DNA from: an uncultured Rikenellaceae bacterium
Lineage (GTDB): Bacteria > Bacteroidota > Bacteroidia > Bacteroidales > VadinHA17
Length of the DNA: 62,386 nucleotides
Direction: 5' to 3'
Assembly (NCBI GenBank): GCA_964399575.1
Contig: CAYNRI010000004.1
Coordinates: 1-62,386 of the forward strand
Part shown: positions 25,843 through 32,761 of the stretch, piece by piece
Layout: every line of letters begins with the position of its first letter
Position numbering within the stretch: position 1 is the stretch's first letter
Translations under genes and position numbers: made by a program
The notes under the pieces: model-generated
Database searches by the model: none
Told to the model about the DNA's origin: nothing
What the model saw: the letters and a program-made list of their open reading frames with translations, nothing else

Positions 25843-26406
25843 TCAGTCCCCGCAGGGATATTTACTTTTAATACCCCGAAGCTTATCCAGTTTTTCTCTT
25901 AAGGCTGCTTTTGCCCTGCTGTATTGAGATTTTGATGTATTCGTATCTATCCTGAGCATTTTTGCTATTTCCTTATGCTTATATCCTTCAACAGCATAAA
26001 GATTAAATACGATCCTGTATCCTGCCGGCAGTTCATTCAGTACCTTGTGTAACTCATCAGCAGTAAACTGTTCTTCTTCAAACCCTTGTTCTCCGGTCTC
26101 TGTCGAAACAAACTCGTCTATTTCAACATAATACCTGAATTTCAAATTCTTATGATAATGAGTTATTGCCGTATTAACAGCTATCTTTCTCAACCAGCCT
26201 GTAAAAGAACCCGTTCCCGAATATTTCCTGATATTGAAAAAGACCTTCAGGAAACTATCCTGTAAAATATCTTCAGCCTCAGCTCTGTCGGCAGCATACC
26301 TCAGGCAAACACCAAGGAGGAAAGGCGAATACCTGTCGTATAACAGTTGCTGCGCTTTCCTGTCGTGCTTTGCGCACCCTTTTATTATCTGAAGGTCACT
26401 CATCAT
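25843..26406 (-). CDS. ECF-type RNA polymerase sigma-70 factor
   Basis: Region 2 (LYDRYSPFLLGVCLRY..D...AEDILQDSF.KVF) and region 4 (YRIVFNLYAVEGYKHKEIA). Confidence 0.85.
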   Translation of the reverse strand: MMSDLQIIKGCAKHDRKAQQLLYDRYSPFLLGVCLRYAADRAEAEDILQDSFLKVFFNIRKYSGTGSFTGWLRKIAVNTAITHYHKNLKFRYYVEIDEFVSTETGEQGFEEEQFTADELHKVLNELPAGYRIVFNLYAVEGYKHKEIAKMLRIDTNTSKSQYSRAKAALREKLDKLRGIKSKYPCGD

Positions 26407-26597
26407 CGACTGAGGACATTTTTAAGACTTCACTCTGAAAAAAATGGTTGCACAATCTTAAAAAATTATTCCAAATTAACTAATTTCCCCTTTCTTTGCC
26501 TGCTGTTGTAATGATAAACATCATTAATTAAAGAAACAGAATTGGTTTAATTAGCAAATCAAAATTAATAAAGGATAACAAATTAAATATAATCATC

Positions 26598-27509
26598 ATG
26601 TTCAACAGATTCATTGCATCAATACTTCCTTATTTCCCAAAAAAATTTATCTGGATCTTTTCAAGGTCCTATATCTCCGGTGAAAAAATAGAGGATGCCA
26701 TGCGTGTTTCAAAAGAGCTCAACAGCAGGAATATAAAGGTGACATTTGATATTCTTGGTGAATTCATAAAAGATCTGGACGAAGCTGAGATAAACAAGAA
26801 GGAATATCTTAACCTGATTGAATTTGCCATTGCCAACAATATAGATGGCAATTTTTCGGTAAAGCCTACAAGCTTTGGCCTCCTTATTGACAAAGAGGTA
26901 TGCTACAGGCATATCCGTGAAATTGTAGCTAAAGCTTCCTCCTATAACAACTTCATAAGAATAGATATGGAGGATTCTCCCTGTACTACTCTGGAAATAG
27001 AGCTATTCCGCAGACTAAAAGTTGAATTCCCCTCCAGTGTGGGACTCGTTGTGCAGGCTTACATGAAGAGAACCCTTGACGACATAAAAGGCCTCTCAGA
27101 TCTTAACAGTGAAGCTGCTCCCCTGAGCTTCAGGCTGTGTAAAGGAATATATATTGAACCTGAAAGTATATCGTATAAAAAATACGATGAGATAAACAAA
27201 CACTACCTTGAAGATCTGGAATATATGTTAAAGAATAAGATACATGTCGGTATTGCCACCCATGACAGGCCTCTTATTGATGGGGCCTGCAGGCTGATTG
27301 AGAAATATAATGTACCAAAAAACCTGTATGAGTTCCAGATGCTTTACGGCGTTACCCCAAAGCTGAGGGAAGAAATTGTGAGCAAAGGACACAACATGAG
27401 AGTCTATGTTCCCTATGGTGAGAAATGGTTTGGCTATTCGACCCGACGACTGAAGGAGAATCCGAAGATGGCAAGCCATATTATCAAGGCAATATTTTAT
27501 AAGGGCTAG
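26598..27509 (+). CDS. Proline dehydrogenase family protein
   Basis: LCKGIY, GIATHD, EFQMLYGV and RVYVPYG..W..Y..RRL.ENP motifs. Confidence 0.8.
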   Translation: MFNRFIASILPYFPKKFIWIFSRSYISGEKIEDAMRVSKELNSRNIKVTFDILGEFIKDLDEAEINKKEYLNLIEFAIANNIDGNFSVKPTSFGLLIDKEVCYRHIREIVAKASSYNNFIRIDMEDSPCTTLEIELFRRLKVEFPSSVGLVVQAYMKRTLDDIKGLSDLNSEAAPLSFRLCKGIYIEPESISYKKYDEINKHYLEDLEYMLKNKIHVGIATHDRPLIDGACRLIEKYNVPKNLYEFQMLYGVTPKLREEIVSKGHNMRVYVPYGEKWFGYSTRRLKENPKMASHIIKAIFYKG

Positions 27510-27597
27510 ATCGGGGAGTCGGGAGTCGGGAGTCGGGAGTCGGGAGTCGGGAGTCGGAAGAAGGAAAGGGAGAAGGGGGAATGAGGTGAAGGGGCGA
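27510..27597. repeat. G-rich island 2: (GGGAGTC)x6 tandem heptamer plus a purine-rich tail, filling a whole convergent gap
   Basis: Six exact GGGAGTC units at 27514-27555, followed by GGAAGAAGGAAAGGGAGAAGGGGGAATGAGGTGAAGGGGCGA. It is bounded by the stop at 27507-27509 (plus strand) and the stop at 27598-27600 (minus strand). Confidence 0.95.
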
Positions 27598-28314
27598 TTA
27601 TTTTTTCCTGGTTTTTTCAAGGTAGATCCTGTTTATCCGGTCTATTTCCTGGGTTGTAAGCTGCGGCTCAATCGCTGATTGTTTATCCGGGAATCCGTTG
27701 ATAAGCAGATTTACAACGGGTATCAGTAAAAAAGGGCTGAGTCCAACTATCCTGTCCGCGGGTAGTTGTCCTTTGCTGTATGCTTCATCCTGTTGTTTCT
27801 GCTGCAGGACTTTATAGTTTATGGCCGGATCGCCCATCTTATTCTGACCCATCCTTCCCTGGTAGGCAGAAAGAGCAAGATTGTATTTTGCATTTTCCAT
27901 TTGGATATTTGGCTCAATCTTACTGTTCATAAGCTCCGATTTAAGGTTCCTTAGTCTTGGTGTGATTATCACCTCAGCTATTGAAAGTGTATCTGAACTC
28001 ATATAGATCCCTGCAAGGAATTCCCTGCCGGCAAGAGTGTCACTTACAATAAAATTGGCTGTCTTGTACCCAAGCCTCGTAAAGACAACAGTATCACTTC
28101 TATTCACGTAAAAAGCAAATCTGCCTTCCTTGTCGCTCACGGAAAGATATCTTCTGTTTATAATTATCTGAGTGTTGGCAAGCGCAGTATTTGTTCTTGA
28201 ATCCATTACTATACCATTGAAAAGGAAGAGTCCCTGCGATCCGGATGCCTGCTGGCCGTTGCCGGGAACATTAATCAGAAAGAGAAAGAATGATATGACA
28301 GTGATCTGTTTCAT
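27598..28314 (-). CDS. Carboxypeptidase-regulatory-like domain protein (secreted)
   Basis: Signal peptide MKQITVISFFLFLINVPGNGQ (ATG at 28314; the track start at 28326 is TTG). G.V.D..T...L....I........SD..G.F is a CarbopepD_reg-type motif. Confidence 0.55.
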   Translation of the reverse strand: MKQITVISFFLFLINVPGNGQQASGSQGLFLFNGIVMDSRTNTALANTQIIINRRYLSVSDKEGRFAFYVNRSDTVVFTRLGYKTANFIVSDTLAGREFLAGIYMSSDTLSIAEVIITPRLRNLKSELMNSKIEPNIQMENAKYNLALSAYQGRMGQNKMGDPAINYKVLQQKQQDEAYSKGQLPADRIVGLSPFLLIPVVNLLINGFPDKQSAIEPQLTTQEIDRINRIYLEKTRKK

Positions 28315-28322
28315 CTTCAGTT

Positions 28323-28895
28323 TCAAAGGTCAATAATTATCTCATCCAGAGGTCTTTTTGGCACATGATGATTCTCTTCAGAATCGCGCCAGTACTTAAC
28401 ATCTCCCTCTTTCATTTCATCAATAATTATTTTCTCAGCCGGTTTGCCTAATGCAAGAACAAGCAGTATCTCATATTTCCCAGGGATCTCCAGTTCATTA
28501 CTTAGCTTATCGCGTTTCACTGAAGCTATTATGCATGTCCCTAAACCTGCTTCGGTGGCACCCAGCCTGATGCTCTGAACTGCTATGCCATGATCCACCC
28601 CGAAAGATTCGGTAATTGATTTATCGCCCAGGATTATAATATATGCAGCAGGTCTTTCTCCTTCGGAAGGTCCGTCCCAGTCTTTCAGATATGCTGCCCA
28701 GGCAAGTGAAGAGAACACTCTTTCACACTTATCCGGTGTATTGATAATTGCATATTTCAAAGGCTGTCTGTTTGCTCCGGAAGCAGATAGCCTGGCCAGG
28801 TCAACAAGGTCCTGAAGAGTTTTATAAGGGATCCTGTATGATCCGTCAAAGCGTCTGTATGACCTGGTTTCAAAAACTAAATCCTTAAGAATCAT
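28323..28895 (-). CDS. Nitroreductase family protein
   Basis: TRSYRRF, ASGANRQP and the overall nitroreductase layout. Confidence 0.75.
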   Translation of the reverse strand: MILKDLVFETRSYRRFDGSYRIPYKTLQDLVDLARLSASGANRQPLKYAIINTPDKCERVFSSLAWAAYLKDWDGPSEGERPAAYIIILGDKSITESFGVDHGIAVQSIRLGATEAGLGTCIIASVKRDKLSNELEIPGKYEILLVLALGKPAEKIIIDEMKEGDVKYWRDSEENHHVPKRPLDEIIIDL

Positions 28896-28989
28896 TTTAG
28901 TAAATTATATCACTAATTACTTTTCTGTCCTGAATTTCAGGATTATTTTTATATATACAAATTTAATCAATTATTTATCCTTAAAGAAA

Positions 28990-29823
28990 TTAAACTCCTG
29001 CAAACAGCTGGTCCGGTATGGCAGGTATTATGCCCTTATCCGAGGCTATCCTGTACAGTCTGGTGACTGCCTCTCTGCCTTCATGACCCAGGTTAACCGT
29101 GAATTTATTCACATATAGTTCTATATGCTTTTGCACCACATCCCTTTCCATCTCACGGGCATTCCCAGAAACAAATTCCTGCGATGCAACCGGATCTCTT
29201 AAAGCAAATCCGATGCTTCTGTGAATTATCCGATTAACGGCCAGAGCTGTTTCTCCGGGGATACTCCTGTTTATAACTATCATTCCAAGCGGAACAGGTA
29301 GTCCGGTCATTCCTTCCCAGAATTCACCCAGATCTGCTATCTTCTGTAATCCTTTTTTCTTATATGTAAACCGGCCCTCATGAATAATGAGCCCTGCATC
29401 CGCTTCGCCGTTGAGCACTGCGTTTTCGATCTCAGAAAAGAGATACTCAGTCTTATTTGCAGCCTCAGGCCAGGCGATACTGAAAAGCATGTTTGCGGTC
29501 GTATATCTGCCTGGTATTGCAATCCTCGCAGTAGCAAGACTGGCATTATCAATTTTCCCCCTGCTGACAAGCAAAGGACCATTTTTAAATCCGAGAGCGC
29601 TTCCTGAATCGAGTATCATATAATTTCCTGCAGCAAATGCATAAGCAAAGCTGCTTATCTTTGTAATATCAGGCTTTCCGGTAAAAGCTTTCCGGTTCAG
29701 TTCCTCGATATCTGCCAGATAATATTCAAAATCAATCCCTTCGGTATCAATTTTCCCATTCACAATTGCATCGAAGATGAATGTGTCATTAGGACATGGA
29801 GAAAAACCAAGAGTCAGTCTCAT
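28990..29823 (-). CDS. mqnD: 1,4-dihydroxy-6-naphthoate synthase (futalosine pathway MqnD)
   Basis: The N-terminus MRLTLGFSPCPNDTFIFDAIVNGKIDTEG matches the MqnD signature (SPCPNDTF). Confidence 0.75.
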   Translation of the reverse strand: MRLTLGFSPCPNDTFIFDAIVNGKIDTEGIDFEYYLADIEELNRKAFTGKPDITKISSFAYAFAAGNYMILDSGSALGFKNGPLLVSRGKIDNASLATARIAIPGRYTTANMLFSIAWPEAANKTEYLFSEIENAVLNGEADAGLIIHEGRFTYKKKGLQKIADLGEFWEGMTGLPVPLGMIVINRSIPGETALAVNRIIHRSIGFALRDPVASQEFVSGNAREMERDVVQKHIELYVNKFTVNLGHEGREAVTRLYRIASDKGIIPAIPDQLFAGV

Positions 29824-29824
29824 G

Positions 29825-30514
29825 CTATATGCTAATTGTTGTAAGAAATTCTTCCAATGCCAGGGCCAGAGTTTTAAGAGCCAGCGGGATATCCCACTTT
29901 TGTTCCGGACGCGGACCGATAAGATTGGATACCGCCCTCAGTGCAAGATAATCAACTCTTTCACAGCTGCAGATATATGCAAATGTTGCACCTTCCATAG
30001 TTTCTATATCAGGATCATATTTATTTACAAGTCGGGCTATTGTTTCCAGAGTTCCTGTTGCGGTGTTCACAGTCACTGCCTTCACTTTTCTGAGTTTAGC
30101 TGCAGCAAGGTCAACAAACCTGTTATCGCAGATTATCTTTCCGCTCCTGAAAGGGAAGTTGTCGGGATCCTCAAGTCCGGCTTCAGCAAGTGTTATAAAG
30201 CCTCTTCCTGATTCAATCCCTGCATCGGCAAAGCAATCTGAAACCGGCAAAACCACTTCACCTGCCGGGATATCTTTTCTAAAACTCCCGGCGATTCCGA
30301 TATTGATTGCCAGATGCGGTTTCTCATTTACTGAGAACCATTTTGACAACGACCATGAAGTGCCTACAGATCCGACCCCTGTAACCAGAAGGTCAATCTT
30401 ATTGTCATGCAAAGTATATCCCCCCCCCGATTCAGTGAGAAACGGAATATTTCTTATTATACCGGCTTCTCCTTCTGTCGCAGCTACAATCAAAATCCTT
30501 TTCAACCTATTCAA
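29825..30514 (-). CDS. mqnB: Futalosine hydrolase (MqnB, nucleosidase family), TTG start
   Basis: ILIVAATEGE...LLVTGVGSVGT...E.MEGA nucleosidase motifs, adjacent to mqnD. The N-terminal region has no in-frame ATG; the TTG at 30514 (or 30505) lies inside a GTTGAA repeat array. Confidence 0.7.
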   Translation of the reverse strand: MNRLKRILIVAATEGEAGIIRNIPFLTESGGGYTLHDNKIDLLVTGVGSVGTSWSLSKWFSVNEKPHLAINIGIAGSFRKDIPAGEVVLPVSDCFADAGIESGRGFITLAEAGLEDPDNFPFRSGKIICDNRFVDLAAAKLRKVKAVTVNTATGTLETIARLVNKYDPDIETMEGATFAYICSCERVDYLALRAVSNLIGPRPEQKWDIPLALKTLALALEEFLTTISI

Positions 30515-30610
30515 CTTTTCAACTTTTTCAACTCTTCAACCTCTCTGTTCCATAATGCCGTAATGCCGTAACGCCTTAGAGCCGTAACGCCTTACCGCCT
30601 TTTCACCCCA
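30501..30610. repeat. Short-motif island 3: TTCAAC x5 array plus GCCGTAA(C/T)GCC x3
   Basis: TTCAAC at 30501, 30510, 30518, 30527 and 30535 (8-9-nt period). GCCGTAATGCC at 30557. GCCGTAACGCC at 30565 and 30581. Lies in the divergent gap between mqnB and the PTPS gene. Confidence 0.9.
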
Positions 30611-30681
30611 TAAATATATGACACAAACCGCTTAATACCTTAATTTTATTGGTTAATATTGCACTTTAATAACATTGCCTT

Positions 30682-31092
30682 ATGATCTATCTGACTCGCA
30701 GAGAAAGATTCAGTGCTGCCCACAGGATGTTCAGGCAGGACTGGCCGGATGAACAGAACCGTGAAGTTTTTGGCAAATGCTCGAATCCTAACTGGCATGG
30801 ACACAATTACGATCTTTATGTAACAATAAAGGGTGAAATTTCTGAAGGCAGGGGATTTATAATGAATATCAGCACTCTTAAAGAGATAATTACTGAGAAG
30901 ATCATAAGCAAGATCGATCATAAGAATATTAATCTTGAGGTTGATTTCATGAAGGGTAAGATAGCAACAACCGAGAATCTCGCAATTTCGATCTGGAACG
31001 AGCTGGAAGAGCCAGTCGGGAAAGCAGGCGCTCTTCTCCATTGTGTAAAAATAAGTGAAACCGAAAATAATTCTGTAGAATACTATGGCTAA
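30682..31092 (+). CDS. 6-pyruvoyl-tetrahydropterin synthase family protein (Cx5HGH type)
   Basis: FSAAHR....W...[17 protein letters not shown]. Overlaps folE by 8 nt. Confidence 0.85.
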   Translation: MIYLTRRERFSAAHRMFRQDWPDEQNREVFGKCSNPNWHGHNYDLYVTIKGEISEGRGFIMNISTLKEIITEKIISKIDHKNINLEVDFMKGKIATTENLAISIWNELEEPVGKAGALLHCVKISETENNSVEYYG

Positions 31093-31732
31093 AAAGAATG
31101 TCTGCGAAACAAAGATCTCAGGGAATAACTCAAACGGATACACCAGAATAGAACAGTGGGATGAGAAAAACATAAAAGAGTTATCTAAGGTCTACTATAA
31201 AGTACTGAAGCTAATCGGAGAGGACCCCGACAGGGAAGGTCTCATAAAAACACCCGAAAGAGTAGCCAAGGCAATCTATTTCCTTACAATGGGATATTCA
31301 ATGAATCCCTGTGAGATAATCAATTCAGCCAAATTCAAAGAGGAATACCGGCAAATGGTTATTGTTAAGGACATTGACATCTATTCAATGTGTGAGCATC
31401 ATATGCTCCCGTTCTTCGGAAAGGCTCACGTTGCATATATTCCTGACGGTTATATAACCGGACTAAGTAAAATAGCGCGCGTTGTTGAAGCCTTCAGCCG
31501 CCGGCTGCAGGTACAGGAAAGACTTACAACCCAGATAAGGAACTGTATCCAGGACTGCCTCAATCCTCTTGGTGTAGCTGTTGTTATTGAAGCCCAGCAT
31601 ATGTGCATGCAGATAAGAGGAGTGCAAAAACAAAACTCCGTGACAACAACATCGGCTTTTACAGGGATCTTTCTCAGTAACCTTAATACAAGGGAAGAAT
31701 TCATTCACCTTATCGGTTCAAAATTACACTGA
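31085..31732 (+). CDS. folE: GTP cyclohydrolase I
   Basis: [32 protein letters not shown] and QERLT.QI motifs. Confidence 0.9.
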   Translation: MAKKNVCETKISGNNSNGYTRIEQWDEKNIKELSKVYYKVLKLIGEDPDREGLIKTPERVAKAIYFLTMGYSMNPCEIINSAKFKEEYRQMVIVKDIDIYSMCEHHMLPFFGKAHVAYIPDGYITGLSKIARVVEAFSRRLQVQERLTTQIRNCIQDCLNPLGVAVVIEAQHMCMQIRGVQKQNSVTTTSAFTGIFLSNLNTREEFIHLIGSKLH

Positions 31733-31733
31733 C

Positions 31734-32615
31734 ATGAAAGCTTTTGTTTTTCCGGGCCAGGGAGCCCAGTTCCCGGGTATGGGAAAAGATATGTATGAGA
31801 AATCCGCTGTTGCCAGGAAACTTTTCGATAAAGCTGATTCAATACTCGGATTCAGTATAGCTGAGAAAATGTTCTCAGGAACAGATGAAGATCTGAAGCA
31901 GACTAAGGTAACACAGCCTGCAATATTCCTTCATTCAACTATACTTGCCACTGTTAAGGGATCAGACTTTAAACCAGATATGGTTGCAGGGCATTCACTT
32001 GGTGAATTCTCTGCTCTTGTAGCTAACAAAGCTCTTGAATTTGAAGATGCCCTCGTACTTGTCTCCAGGAGGGCTAAAGCAATGCAGAAAGCTTGCGAAA
32101 AGCATCCATCGGCAATGGCTGCAATCATTGGCGCTGATGATAAGACTGTTGAGGAAGTATGTGCCGGAATAGATGAGATTGTCGTTCCGGCTAATTACAA
32201 TAGTCCGGGACAGATAGTCATCTCTGGCACAAATGAAGGTATTGATAAAGCTATAGAAGCACTTAAATCCAGAAGTGTCAAAAGAACACTTAAACTGGCT
32301 GTCGGAGGTGCCTTCCATTCACCACTGATGGAACCTGCAAGGGCAGAGCTGGAGGAAGCAATAAGATCGACAAGATTCAGTGATCCTGTATGCCCCGTTT
32401 ATCAAAACGTCTCAGCAAAACCATCACGCGACCCGGAAATAATAAAATCGAATCTTATCGCTCAGCTTACTTCACCTGTACTCTGGACACAGAGTGTAAT
32501 TAACATGATAGCCGACGGGGCTGATTCATTCACTGAGGTCGGCCCTGGTTGCGTTCTTCAGGGATTGATACGTAAGATAAACAACAGTGTAATCACCGGA
32601 GGGATTGTGGTTTAG
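31734..32615 (+). CDS. fabD: Malonyl-CoA:ACP transacylase
   Basis: FVFPGQGAQ..GMG and GHSLGEFSAL active-site motifs. Confidence 0.9.
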   Translation: MKAFVFPGQGAQFPGMGKDMYEKSAVARKLFDKADSILGFSIAEKMFSGTDEDLKQTKVTQPAIFLHSTILATVKGSDFKPDMVAGHSLGEFSALVANKALEFEDALVLVSRRAKAMQKACEKHPSAMAAIIGADDKTVEEVCAGIDEIVVPANYNSPGQIVISGTNEGIDKAIEALKSRSVKRTLKLAVGGAFHSPLMEPARAELEEAIRSTRFSDPVCPVYQNVSAKPSRDPEIIKSNLIAQLTSPVLWTQSVINMIADGADSFTEVGPGCVLQGLIRKINNSVITGGIVV

Positions 32616-32761
32616 GAAAACAGGGAAAAAACATCCCCCTGCCCCCTTCAAAGGGGGAATCGGCTTGTGCTGCACCGTGTGGCCCGCCCCCTGCCCTGCT
32701 TTTCTTGCCGTCGCGCCTTTGTGCCGTCGCGCCTTTAAGCCGTTGTGCCGTTGCACCGTTC
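32616..32761. repeat. G/C-rich island 4, filling the convergent gap between fabD and the 988-aa gene
   Basis: CCTTCAAAGGGGGAAT (32645-32660) is the exact reverse complement of 19964-19979. Hairpin CCCCCT(TCAA)AGGGGG. TGCCGTCGCGCCTTT repeated at 32706 and 32722. GCCGTTG x2. Confidence 0.85.

Noticed and set aside
27514-27555. Could the tandem repeats at 27514, 30501 and 32706 be a CRISPR array?
   Set aside because: The units are 6-16 nt with no unique spacers of CRISPR length, there are only 2-6 copies, and no cas genes are present. They are simple tandem repeats.
27228-27620. 130-aa minus-strand ORF containing PTPDSRLPTPDSRL repeats.
   Set aside because: The peptide repeat is just the translated (GGGAGTC)n heptamer. 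The rest overlaps the 3' end of the proline dehydrogenase gene antisense.
30646-31173. 175-aa minus-strand ORF spanning the PTPS gene and the start of folE.
   Set aside because: It is completely overlapped by two plus-strand genes with strong catalytic motifs. Its own translation is Phe/Ile-rich with no motifs.
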